A DNA stretch of 64,000 nt from positions 68,696,001 to 68,760,000 of the forward strand of contig NC_079167.1 of the NCBI RefSeq assembly GCF_947568905.1. The letters run 5' to 3'. The notes under the pieces were generated by a model that had not been told where the DNA came from, did no database searches, and saw only the letters and a list, made by a program, of their open reading frames with translations. The position numbers were made by a program, and so were the translations under genes. This DNA is from Ostrea edulis. Its lineage: Eukaryota. Every line of letters begins with the position of its first letter. Position 1 is the first letter of the stretch. Shown in pieces: positions 49,901 to 62,488 of this stretch.

Positions 49901-50507
49901 ATCTCCCAGAAATTTCTGTACGTTAACGTTAGACAACGAGTCTGTTATAGTATTCGCCAGTTTCTCGCCCTCTGAAATCGGAATCCTTAAAACTGCAACT
50001 ATCTTATCAACTCCAGAATTTGGATTCGTTCCTCTGTAAAATAAAATGACAGAAATTATCTAACTTTCCATCAATTAAAAAAAATGCCTTTGATTTGAAT
50101 ATTTATTAATACTAAATACAATAACCGCAAGCATTGATAATTTCATCATGGCGATATCTTACTTGGGACAAGAAGCACACTGGTCCACGGTTCCGTTGAT
50201 TTTCGCCATACAATTCTCGTTTAGTGACGTAATTTGTTGTGTTAACGTCTCAAAATTTTCAGCGACCATGACGGCTAATTCTGCTCGCACATTTTTATCG
50301 AATCCTGGAATGCGATATGATATCGGATAACTTTCGCAGAATATTTCATATGTTTTAAGAAAACGTTATGCTTCGTGTAACACTTCGAGATTGAAATAAT
50401 CACTGAGGTACTAGAAATCTACCTTCTAAATCTCCGTTAGACATGGAACCCGCAAAACATTCCTTGGCAATAAAAACCAGAAGGCAGCCTCTGATCATCA
50501 GCAACAT
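46901..50507 (-). CDS. Paralog B: secreted CxxC/furin proprotein (313 aa)
   Basis: Exons 50507-50423, 50304-50163, 50033-49846, 48907-48767, 48589-48500, 47301-47198, 47092-46901 (85,142,188,141,90,104,192 nt), all in phase. FWRRKRSACVAC. Non-coding exon 1 ends at 50625. Confidence 0.9.
47578..48368. mobile_element. Kolobok-type MITE in intron 6 of paralog B
   Basis: TIR aggggaaggcaaccc / gggttgcctttccct (1 mismatch), flanked by tcaa / ttaa. Confidence 0.7.
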
Positions 50508-52246
50508 AATGTCTTTGAAAAGAAAACTTTACCTGTAATAGAAAACGTGATGAAAGCTACCGTAACACTATCATTCTAAGTCAAACGCTACATACCATAC
50601 TGTTTTGGAGAATACTATTAATACCTTTGTATTAGCTTTTGCTTACAAGTGAACACCGCAATGCTTTCTTTCTCTCTCTATATATATATGTATATATATA
50701 ATTGCCCTGTTGACAGGGGGAAAAAAGTTGATAGACGTAAGTATATCCTATTTACTTTGTGATGTCCTGAGGGTGAGGCATTACACGACCCGAGAAATTG
50801 TCATTTTTTTGTAAACAGTAAGCCATAAAGTCTTGTATTGCCGATGGATGATTCACAGATATTTTACATATATGAATTTGATTCTGCAAAGATTAACTTT
50901 AGGAATACCATAAGAAATTCTAAATGCGAAGAAAAAATGATTTCCAATCATCCAGACTGGCTTACTGGATACAAACTTTACCTTGCATTTCTCTACCAGA
51001 AGAGAACTGTTATAACATTTTCATGCATGTTTAGGCACTATGTTATAACTCTTGTTAATCTATATAACAGATTAATTTCCTTGGCCATAAGATTTTTGGG
51101 TGTTTTAGACATAAATGATAATGATTTCAATTTTCATTTCATTTCTCAACTTGAATCGATATTATGCCTTTTGAATTTGTTGTCTATTACATAATTATAT
51201 ACAATTTATTAGGCAATTTTTCTATTGTCTTTCTGTATTTTTTTTTTTAAAATGTGTAACATTTATCGCACTCACAATAGTTTTCCATGTCTGTTTACTC
51301 TGCTTTTATCGTATACAGAAAATTTACCAGATTATAAATAAAATGACCACAATGACATTAATCATTAACCACGTAAACACTGGACTATCCATGACCCCAT
51401 ATACTGGTCCGTGAAATAGGTCACGTGCGTCAGCACCACACGTTGGACACACGGACACACAGTGAAAGAAAATGTTGAAAAATCCACGTACATGTATTTG
51501 AGACATTGTATATTCAATGCAAAATTTTTAAGTACAACATGTACTATATTAACATAAGAATTATGGCCAACTCATACTGTTTGTGAACTTGGTCCTTTTA
51601 CTATTGTGTATTTGGTACCTATCTCATAATGAATTTAGGTTCTGCTAAGTTCCCTTTGTAAATACACGTGCTTGTGTATAACATGCATACAGGATTTGCT
51701 GAGGACGCTGTTGATGGGAACCGAATTCACAGTTGGTAACTCTCTGAACTTCAAATCTGCATTCGCAATAAGGTGATATAATAATGGGGAATTTTATAAT
51801 AGAATGAACACATTAAGATTAAGATCAATAACTGTATTCAAAATGAGTTTGATATGAACAAAATTGAGAAAGAGAGAGAGAGGCCTGTATTTCAGAAACA
51901 TATTTCACACTTTATCGGTAATGTGGTTTTTCTAAAAAAGCTTTTCACTCAGTTACTAAAATTTCATAATAACAGAATCATTACTAGTCCGATGACAGTG
52001 TTTATTATATAGCTAATAGTTGAATTTAACTCCATTTGAATCTCGAAAAGAATTGATTTACGGTATTTAAAGTCTCTAATTAGCTTTTCCAGGGTACTGT
52101 AATAACGAAAAATAAAAATATGTGATTTATATCCTTTTTACGTTTGAAAGCCTTTGCAACCAAAACTTGTCATGAACAGTAAAAGTAAAAATAAAGATGA
52201 TATTAGTAATGCAGAGTCTGAAAATTCAACGTCTTGGATACATTAC

Positions 52247-52383
52247 AGGAGTTATGAGATTGATCACTGTTCGTTATCTTCACCTTTCATTATAGGAATT
52301 ATGAGATTGATCACTGTTCGTTATCTTCACCTTTCATTATAGGAGTTATGAGATTGATCACTATTCGTTATCTTCACTTTCCA
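52247..52383 (+). repeat. Three tandem 47-bp copies of the extreme 3' end of Penelope-like family 3
   Basis: aggagttatgagattgatcactgttcgttatcttcacctttcattat at 52247, 52294, 52341. Confidence 0.9.
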
Positions 52384-53332
52384 TATATATTTTTCTATCA
52401 TTTCATACCGAAACAGGTCATTTGTAATTCTGTTACGAAATATAGTTTCTGTATAATTGAATGGTATTTATGATTAAGTTCAATAAATAATTCTAAATTC
52501 TAGTAAATGCATTAGTAAATCGTATTTACATATGTACGGTTAAGTTCAATAAATAATCCTAAATCCTAGTGCCTAATATCAGTCATAAAGTCAGGGCGTT
52601 CCAGATGATGGAGACAAATTATCTTTGTTCTTATTTCGTTTTCGAAGAATTTTTAAAGAGTTTTTAAAACAACATATTTTCTCCCTCAATTCAATAAAGA
52701 AGTCCATGAAATTCGTTTTGAAGTCCAAAGTGTAACAAATCTGACACATTCCATAATTCTGTTTACGGGGTTATGGAACAATGCTTACATAGAGAATATC
52801 TATGTTTGATGACATGATTAATAATTTTACAGCATTTTCTTAAATGAAAAGCGATTCTCTGTATCTGTAATGTAAGAAAGGCGAGTAAACATTTTCATTA
52901 GCAGATAACAAATGTAAAATATATAGTATAGTTTACAGAATAAAGAGTACGTACTAAAATTTTCATAATCTTCCACATTATAGATATACACACAATGTAA
53001 TATTTGAGGTAAATGTGTGATAAAAGATATCAAAACACGTGGAATCGAAATAAAAGATAGAATTCTGATAAGTATATTTCAATTGCTTTTAAACCATATC
53101 TGCCATATTTTTGTCTTTCAGTTTAGATTACTAATACATTCACTTGATTCCGAATATGCCATCAATACAGAAGTATATTTCATCAGCTTAAAGTATCCAT
53201 GAAGTGATTAAACTAGCACCAAAGTCCGTACGGCGTTTTGTTTACAAACAATGTCACACCTCACCCTCAGAACAGCACACAGAAAACAAGACTCACGTAC
53301 GTTGATCAACATTTTTGTAAACAGGACAAGCG

Positions 53333-53340
53333 TATATAAA
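53333..53340 (+). promoter_or_regulatory. TATA box of paralog C
   Basis: TATATAAA upstream of a short non-coding exon ending at 53382 (gag|gtattg). Equivalent sites exist in A (38643-38650) and B (about 50680-50700). Confidence 0.7.
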
Positions 53341-53494
53341 GAGGATCGCGGTGTTCACTTGCAGACAAGTATTAATACAGAGGTATTGGTAGTCTTTAAA
53401 CAAACGTTCTTTGTACATTTGCATGTACTATTCGACTTCGAATTATAACTCACTCTTCTGTATATTTCTAGGTGGAATTTTGTTGAAGGACAAA

Positions 53495-55737
53495 ATGTTG
53501 CTGATAATCAGAAGCTGTTTTCTGATCTTTATTGCCACGAGATGTTTTGCTGTTCGTATGTCTAAAGGAGACTTAGAAGGTACTTTTCCGTAGTGACCCA
53601 GAGATTTGCTACATCAAGCAGAAAGGTTTTTTCCAAAGTATATGAAATGTAGTCTAAACCTTGTATGATTATTTGCTTTTCTATTTCAGAATTTGACAAA
53701 AATGTCAGAGTAGACTTAGCTGTCGTGGTCACCGAAAATTTTGAGAAGCTGACACAACAAATTACATCCCTGAATGAGGACTGTATGGTGAAAATCAACG
53801 CAACCATTGATCAGTGTGCTTCTTGTCCCAGGTATAGCATCATTATAATCATCGTCCTCATCAAAAAAATCGAGGAATGAATCTACTTTTTTATATCCTT
53901 TATCTCTTGGTAATCATGATTGACACGTTACGTTTTAATGAAAAGAAATTTCGTTGGTCATGTACATTTTATGAACTTACTTCACTTCTATGTCCACTAA
54001 TCTTACAGAGGAACTGGGAAAAACTCTGGAGTCAAAAAGATAGTGTCAGTTCTAAGTATCCCGATTTCAGAGGGTGAGAAACTAGCAAATACCATTGTGG
54101 ACTCTCTGTCAAAAGGCAATGTACAGAAGTTTCTGGGAGAGAAATTAGGTCCGGTAGTGGGAACATTAAAGGGAACCTTTAGTTCATTAGTGAACAGTAA
54201 GTACTTAGCAGTGCATAGAAGAATATTTATCAAAAGATTAACTTACTATAGTCCCAAAAAAGGAAACTTACATCGCAAACCTTTTCCTTAATTTTGAAAA
54301 TCATTTAACTCTCCTTCAACATTGTTATGATACATAATATGATTTTGTTTTCAATTTCAGATAAAGAAATTAAGGATCTCACAAACTTTTTCGTGAATTT
54401 TGAGAAAAATTTAGCGAATTTGAAGAGTTCTCTTTCAAATCTTCCATCCTTCTTAGAACACAATTTAAACAATTTGGTAGGAAATATTGGCAGTGAACTG
54501 AGTAAGTAATGTTTATGACATTTTTAAAACATGTAGTTTGTATCTGCATACATGTATGCAACATATTGTCAACTGCGTATGGATCGATGCACGGGGATTG
54601 TTCTGCGTGTGGTCGGTTTGTGGATCGAGGCAGGCTGCTGGCAGGCGGGTTGGTGGTGCGGGGGGTTCTCCGTTTACCTGATCAAGAAATTGGGCTCACA
54701 GCGGGTGTCACCAGTCGACACGGGATGCTTACTCCTCCTAGGCACCTGATCCCGTCTCTGGTATACCCAGGGGTCCGTGTTTGCCGAACTCTCTATTTTT
54801 TATATTACTTACGGCAGTTATGAGATTGATCACTGTTCGTTATCTTCACCTTTCATTACAGTAAACATTATCAACAGAAAATAATGGATGTAAACTTATG
54901 AATATTAACACGTTTTTGATAGTACATTGTATATTATCAACTGTATGTACAAACGATTTCTGTCTGTCCTTTTCACTCATTTCATCTTTCTGCATTGATT
55001 TACTCATTCAAACAGGCAAACTCAAATTCTGGAGAAGAAAGCGATCTGCCTGTTTAGCATGTGAAAAATTGAATTCGGATGATGCGACTGTAATAATTAC
55101 CAATGGTAAGTAAAACTGCTAATCTTATAATTAGATTACTTCAATTCGAATTTAATTACATTCTACAACAAATGATAATTATTATTTCTGGCTTGTGTTA
55201 GTGCTTTCAAGTCGATGAAGTGAAAAATCAAACTGAGCGTCTTTATTGGAAATGTTTCGATTTTCGGTATTCATTGATTAAAAGTCTTCGCTCTTCTTTG
55301 TTAGGAATATTCACATATAATTAATATTCTGTACAGTATGTGGTACTGGTGTTGCCAAGAGTTTGAGTGACCTGACTAAGAGTATAGAGAATCTACAGCT
55401 CCTGTATGAAGACGCCATCAACGGAACTATACTCACACAGGTATGTTATGGATTTAGAGTATCCACTCAAAAGTGAAAGTGGAAGTTGCCCTTGGATTTT
55501 ATATTTCTGGTTGCTTCATTAATTTGTTATCTTTTTGTTTTACAGATAATTACAGGTGATCCTCAGATGGTGATGTCGCCAACTCTGACAGTCTCTGGAG
55601 AACTTCAGAACGTTACATACAGCATTGACACAACGACAAAGACGCTGACAGGGAAGTCAGGGGAGACAATAATCTTCACTGATAAACCAACGTCTTACAC
55701 AATGCTGGCAGATAAAATCTACCAAGATTTTGTTTGA
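53495..55737 (+). CDS. Paralog C: secreted CxxC/furin proprotein (313 aa)
   Basis: Exons 53495-53579, 53690-53831, 54009-54196, 54361-54501, 55016-55105, 55337-55440, 55546-55737, all GT-AG and in phase. MLLIIRSCFLIFIATRCFA...DCMVKINATIDQCASCP...FWRRKRSACLAC...NVCG...LADKIYQDFV. Confidence 0.92.
54555..54858 (+). mobile_element. Penelope-like family 3 fragment in intron 5 of paralog C
   Basis: tttacctgatcaaga..gcgggtgtcaccagtcgaca..cctaggcacctgatccc..atcttcacctttcatt. Confidence 0.8.
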
Positions 55738-57682
55738 ATTGATAAATTCTTATTACTTGAATGTTACTATTGAGTGGGTAAAGGCACAAATTTGAGAAGC
55801 TAAATGAAACAATGTTAAAAAGCTTTGAAATCAGAGTAAGTGATCCTATTTTACCTCAGTTGGTATTGTTGCATCATCGAAGACGGTGTTTAATACACGC
55901 AAGGTTAGTCGATTCGACCGAAGAGTCTTTAATTAACTGATTCAATGCAATGTCTTAGTTTTTCGGGTACTGCGAATCCACGCTATGAACTTGAGTAGCA
56001 TATAGGAACAGCAAATTACGAAAGTTGATGGAATAGGACATTCCTTTAATAGATGTGTGTATAACTTGATGAAAAGGTGAAGATAATGAACAGTGATGAA
56101 GATAATGTTGGCATTGCTAGTTTATATTTGGATAAAGACAATCTGAAATTATTGTGTGCGCAAGAGGTGGTCTTTGAGTAACTTAGTTAGCTCGCACAGC
56201 CTCGTGCGAGTTGGAATTTGAAGCGGTAAATTGTATAGTGCTTTTGCAAATAGGAGGAAACTTATAACATTTATACAGGATTATTTCGCGTGTTAACTAT
56301 AGTCTAATGCAGGGGTTTAGTTTACGCATATCTAGTGAACTAGTGCACACTAAGGCATTTCAGTTTAGTTCAGAAGTGAAAATTTGACCGTCTAGAACAG
56401 ACCAGGGGTGAACATTTTGTCCATTCTGCAATGTCTTTTCGATAACAATGTTGAACAATTAAAGATGTACCAGTATTTATCGAATTACTACAGCTTGTTT
56501 CTCGATATCTGTGTAATAGTTCTGATTTTCATAATTCCAAAACGTGTCTAAATATTTCCTTATCTAACGTAAATAATGTTACCTTTACTGTTCAATTATT
56601 TTTCCTGCCCTTAATCCGTGTGTTTCACTATGTCCACTTTTTTGTTTTGAGAAAGCACTTGATTTTTTACAGGAAGTGGTCCTCCATTTTGACAATTCTC
56701 TCGAAATTATTTCTAAAACAACGTTTCTGATTGGTCAAAAGTCTTAGCTTTAAACGTTTCAGATTTCGTGTTTCATTTGTGGTGCGGGAGATTGTAAAGT
56801 TGAGTTTGATTGGTTAAAGGGGATATATAAACGTGAACGCGGCTATTCAGCAAACCTAGTGTAGCAGGGCCCTACTGGGCAGTCTGCACTATAAATCTAC
56901 ACCAAGAACAGGTTACATTGGGTTGTGGTAAAGGTCCTTAAGGTTCGACCACTTTTCTTTTTCCCTACTAATATATTAGCTAGGCATTGTGCGAGCTTTT
57001 GCTGCACGATTTTCTCGCCTAATCTTTCTGTTATTGAAACCCAACTTTAAAGTCTGGCTCAAGGTGAATTAAATCTCTGACCTAAGGAAACTTAATTTAT
57101 TTTGTTGAATAAGATTTTTCTACATAGGTCATATAATTTATAAGTAGTAGTTTTATATTGCCACTGGAAAGATAGTGTGGGGTATTTTTGAAGTTATTTC
57201 TAAGGCTCTGACTCACTTTGAAAAGTATGGAAGTCCATTAGCGTTCTTTATAGATATATTTGTTTTTCTTAGATCTACTTTCCATAATACTCAGGTTATT
57301 TTTTCAATATTATCACTTCTACATGTTTTCACATTTGTTATCTGTTAATAAATTGTAAACTCTTGCACTGGTGTTTTCATTCAAGAATTCTGGTCTCACA
57401 ACGGACATAGTTCAAGAATACACGAACTTGGGTTGAGAAATATCTTGAACCAAATGCAGTATTTATACTCTTTGTTTATGCGGTGTGCTCTGCTTGTATT
57501 AAATGCATTGGTCTATGATTAATTTTGGAATGGAATTTAATTACATTCTACAACAAATGATAATGCAGAATTCGGTAAAGGTAGAGAGCACTGTCGATAT
57601 ACAAAGAGACTGGTTCCGGTTACATCTGTATTCTTCTGGAAAATGTCACCAAACTTACGAATTATACAATTGAAAGTAGTTG

Positions 57683-57808
57683 CTTAATTACAAATATTGA
57701 GCTCGCTTTCCTACTGGAGAACGACTTAATTACAAATATTGAGCTCGCTTTCCTAGTGGGGAACGACTCAATTACAAAAATTGAGCTCGCTTTCCTACTG
57801 GGGAACGA
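57683..57808. repeat. 42-bp tandem repeat, 3 copies
   Basis: cttaattacaaatattgagctcgctttcctactggagaacga at 57683, 57725, 57767. Confidence 0.9.
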
Positions 57809-58174
57809 ATGACTTTGATTTTAAATACGTCGTGGGCATGAGTTCATAGAAAAGCAAAGACCTTATGAGTGTAGTCGAACTCGATGTAGTTTTAAGGTCA
57901 CCACAGACTGCCTGGTTCATGAGAAACCTAGTGCCAAATTTGAGATTCAAATACCACTGCTTTACACAGTTATTCCCCGGGACATTTTCCATTCACCTTG
58001 GTTTTGACAAATTAGCCTTAAGTAATCCAAAGTTATGATACACCTTTGGTTCTATACCCCTTACAAGGCCACATGGATTTCACAATTCATGTTCAAAAAC
58101 CCATGCTCAACACAACTCTGAATTCAGGTTGTCTACAATTATACAATCTACAATCAAATGTCATATTTTTTCAA

Positions 58175-58203
58175 ACTAGATGAAACCCCGCGCAAGCGCA
58201 GGA
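58175..58203. mobile_element. Helitron/Helentron-like terminal signature
   Basis: actag followed 8 nt later by the GC hairpin cccgcgc-aa-gcgcagg. The other end was not identified. Confidence 0.4.
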
Positions 58204-58608
58204 AATCACAATTAAAGGATATTGCATAGAGGAAGGATTTTTAATGCATATATTGTGTAATTATTTCTGGTATTTGTGTAGTTTTAAATTAACGTCAGAA
58301 ATAGGGACATTTCATTTTACTAGTGATTTTGTTTATGTCTCGGGATTGACGCGAACGTTCTACCACTGAGATACTGTGACCAGTTACACATTTCGGGAGA
58401 AATTACTTATTGTAAGTTTCAGTTTGCATCCCCAACGTCATCAACACACCCTGAACATATGTTACACACAAGCACATGCATATTATACTAAGGGAACTTA
58501 CATGTAGTAGAACCAAAAACCAATTAAAGATTAGTAAAAGAACCAAATCCACTATCAAAATGAGTTGGCCCTAGTTCTTATTGATTGATTGATTTTTTTT
58601 ATGTCTCG

Positions 58609-58640
<32 letters not shown>

Positions 58641-58964
58641 AACTGAGCTACCGTGGCCCTATTTCTGAAATTAATTTCAAAACGCATAGATAACATGATG
58701 GTAATAAGAAATGATTATGTAAAAGTACTGATTGACGGAGCTTCAAGCGACTTCCTAATAATCAAGTTTTTAATTTACTGTATATGATATAAATAAAAAA
58801 TAACATAACTAATGTACGCCATTGCTCAAACATTGTTCTTAAATTCATTTGAATTAAATATATCGTTCATTCAAAAATGCATTTAAAATGTTTTATAGTA
58901 GAATGAACACATTTCATATTACAATGTAAGTGCAATTACTCAAAACGCGTTTGATGAACAAGGG

Positions 58965-59760
58965 AAGATTACGAATAATGACCAACCTCAACAATACTAT
59001 AAAGAATACAAAATATTAAAAGAAAGGCAAATATGGACCCCTGGATATCCCAGAGGTAGAGGTGGGGTCAGGCGCCTAGGAGGAGTATGCGTCCCCTGTG
59101 AAGCGTCCCGCGCGTCGTGAGCTCTATATCTTGATCCGGTAAACAGAGTAACCCACAGGCAATATCATCATATATAGAACGGCCTATATAACATTTGGTA
59201 TGACGTCAAACAGAGTAATCCACAGACAATATCATCATATATAGAACGGCCTATATAACATTTGGTATGACGTCAAACAGAGTAATCCACAGACAATATC
59301 ATCATATATAGAACGGTCTATATAACATTTGGTATGACGTCAAACAGAGTAATCCACAGACAATATCATCATATATAGAACGGCCTATATAACATTTGGT
59401 ATGACGTCAAACAACATTCGACCCATATTATTATAACGACCATAGAATTTGCAAAATGCCGCCTTTAAACGATGCTGTTGAAACACCTGTATATATCTAT
59501 TTTATTGACAGTAGCCTGCCTCGATATGAAAATTGATAATCTACAGAAGTTGCTCTCGCGTATCGACATAAACACTATACACAGGTGATTATGGAATATT
59601 GCGACATAAATATGAGTTGTTGATAATGCAGAAGCTGACGCCTTCTTGTTTGTCATAAAGTTGTGTTCTTAGTTTGCCGTTGACATCTACAATTATTTTC
59701 AGTAAAATATCCGAATATATGTCCGAAGCAGATGTGGGAGACTTTGTGGTGTCTTTTATT
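58965..59760 (-). mobile_element. Penelope-like family 3 fragment with an internal 67-bp x4 amplification (59141-59411)
   Basis: Reverse complement of the family 3 tail. The unit repeats at 59141, 59208, 59275, 59342. Confidence 0.8.
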
Positions 59761-60198
59761 GAGTAGTGATCATAGATAAAACATCATTGATACATCTAAA
59801 TGTCGAATTGAAGGCCACAGCAAGAGCTTTTTTCTTCTCATGTAGAAACATTAGACCACAGAAACAGGTCAGCTAATAATTGAACACAATCTGTTCTCAT
59901 AGGTATTCCAATAGACTGTTGGAAGACCTGATTACGTAAATATTGTCAATGAGAAACTCCAGCATCTTTTTAAAATCAACTTCAGAGTACTTGTGCGGAA
60001 AATCAGAATAGTGTTTAACACAGTAATTCTTTGGATGACTAAGCACAAGATATGGATATTACCATATTCCATTTTTATTGAAGAAACTTCTGTCTACGCT
60101 GTCAAAAAGTCTTATCGTTAATTTAGCTTGAGGAATGGTCATCCAAAGTGTTGATAAGTCGTACGTTTTGATCCTGTTGATTTGGGAAAAGTTTTGTG

Positions 60199-60254
<56 letters not shown>

Positions 60255-61139
60255 TTTGTATCTGAGAAGCACATATCACACTTAATGGTGTTTTTTTTTA
60301 ATCACCCACCCTTTTCACTCAGTTCCTACATTATAATATTTTTAGAATTACTACTTGTCTGAAGACAGTGTTTATTGCATAACTAATTAATGACTTTAAC
60401 TGAATACTTGATTCATATTATTTTACGTATTTGCAACCAGTACATATCATGTAATAAAAGTAATAATAATGATATCGAATGCAATTGCATTGCAGGGTGC
60501 TCTATTTGTAAATATTCATAATTTGTTTATTTAACAAGAGGCTTGTCGGTCACATTGCTGATCCACTGAACATTGATTTATTATTAATGTGTGTTAACTT
60601 CTTGATCCTTGAGACACTATTTGAACAACACCTCTGTGTTCTAAACCATTGTTCTTCTAGATATTGCTATGATATCGAAAGGTGTTAAATGGGGTTGGAG
60701 TAGGCGAGAGGATCGATATGATCCTGCAAAAGACTCCTATACTAATTTAATCAAAATCATAATTTCTCGATGAACAGAAATGTTTGAAGTGTATATCAGC
60801 CTTTTTTCATGAGCTAAGAAATTTCAATCTTCTGATTGGTAATAAAACAGGGGAATATATTATATGAAATAGTAAACTAAACTGATTTCACTGGCTCTAT
60901 ATAAGCCTTACAATGCTTGAATTGACTCCACGTAGAAAGGCGTTCAGTTCTTGCATTGACTCTGCAAAAAACAAAAAATACATGTACCATGTCTGCATTG
61001 GCCCTACCAATAATTTCATTCAATTACTGCATTGGCTCTTATAAGATGGTACAATGTCTACATTATGCTCTTGAGAGAGTTGTCTAATGTCTGTCTTGGC
61101 TTTTGAAAGAGTCGACAAATACTCACATTGACTCACAAA

Positions 61140-61262
61140 AGATTAGTCCAATGCATGCATTGGAGTTTGAGAAAATAGTCCACTGCCTGCATTGGGTTTA
61201 GAGAGAATAGTCCAATGCCTGCATTGGAGTTTGAGAGAATAGTCCACTGCCTGCAAATTGAG
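61140..61262. repeat. Degenerate about 32-bp tandem repeat
   Basis: agtccaatgcctgcattggagtttgagagaat repeated about 4 times, with scattered tgcattgg motifs from 60990. Confidence 0.7.
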
Positions 61263-61518
61263 AGATAAGTACAATGCTGGAACCACACAATGCTCGTATT
61301 TGCTTTACGGATAGTTATGGAATTCCTACAATGGCTTTAGAATAAAATATTCTCTTACATCGCAATTCTTTGCAAGAAATACCCATGCAAAGTTCCATTT
61401 CTTGATAGCGGTTGCTGCATTGTAAATTCATTAAAATTACATTGGATTTTCATACTTTAATCTAATGATATAAATTTGGCAATGAAATATTGATGTTCAC
61501 AAACTCCTGTGTCGTTTT

Positions 61519-61761
61519 TATGGTGTCCGGATAGGGCCATTTGCAAAAGCGTGACTGCGCGTTAGTCACAACACGCCGTCACGCCAACAAGCAACGCGCC
61601 CTCACGCCAACAAGCAAGGTGCGTTGCTTGTTGGTGTGAGAGCGCGAAGGCGCGATGCTTGTTGGCGTGAGAGCGCGAAGGCGCGTTGCTTGTTGGCGTG
61701 ACGGCGTGTTGTGACTAACGCGCTGTCACGCTTTTGCAAATGGTCCTATCCAGACACCATA
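61519..61761. mobile_element. Nearly fully palindromic 243-bp MITE, TATGG termini, 6-bp TSD (IS3EU-like)
   Basis: tatggtgtccggatagggccatttgcaaaagcgtgac... / ...gtcacgcttttgcaaatggtcctatccagacaccata. TSD cgtttt at 61513-61518 and 61762-61767. Confidence 0.85.
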
Positions 61762-62312
61762 CGTTTTACGTTTCAATAGCTCAGAGCAACTTCCCTAATT
61801 ATATGAACAACAATATATTACCTATTTTGCTCAGCGGAATTTAATGTTTTAATGTATGTTTAAATAATTAAATAAAACTCCATGAAATCAACCGTTTTTT
61901 TATTAAGAACACTTAAAAAAAAAAAGTTTTTCACATTTTGTTCTTGAATTCTCTGAACAATTGTTTTTTAAACATTGATCTCGGTAATCATGTACTTGCG
62001 CATGTTGACTTTTCCCTATGTGTACGATCATGTGTAGCACATGATCGTGTGACGTCTTCAAAGTTTTCCGCATAACTACACGTGTGCATGCGCAAGCTGA
62101 CACATCTGGTTTAACCTCGTTTATACTTTTTCTGTATGAACCTTAGTCAGTTAGAGAACACGCAATTCATTAGGTGTCAAATTTGCTTACAAAGGTGGTT
62201 TATAAAATCTTAATGGTCTCCCAACCATCACACCCCCATCCAATAACGGTCTCCCAACTATCACATCCCCCATCCGATAACGGTCTCCTAACCATCACAT
62301 CCCCCATCCGAT

Positions 62313-62488
62313 CGCAAAAACCAAGGCCCCGTGTCACATCAGGTATAGCACGATAAAGATCCCTCCCTGCTCAAAGGTCGTAAGCGTCGATCATAGGCCT
62401 AAATTTTGCAATGGTGACGTCTCCATATGACCATATGAGTGAAAATTTCTCGAGTGGGACGTTAAACAAGATACAATCAATCAATCAA
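62313..62488 (+). mobile_element. 5'-truncated SINE (Meta/MESC-type)
   Basis: cgcaaaaaccaaggccccgtgtcaca...gggacgttaaacaagatacaatcaatcaatc. Confidence 0.8.

Noticed and set aside
51324-51506. ORF with CxxC and a hydrophobic tail between paralogs B and C
   Set aside because: No homology to the family exons and no convincing acceptor.
53495-55737. Assigning paralogs A-D to the saposin-like (amoebapore/NK-lysin) family
   Set aside because: They have six Cys and amphipathic helices, but the spacing and the about 120-aa insert do not fit a saposin or swaposin pattern. Left to structure prediction.
56130-57420. Possible solo LTR
   Set aside because: Promoter-like composition, but no TG..CA ends with a TSD and no second copy in the window.
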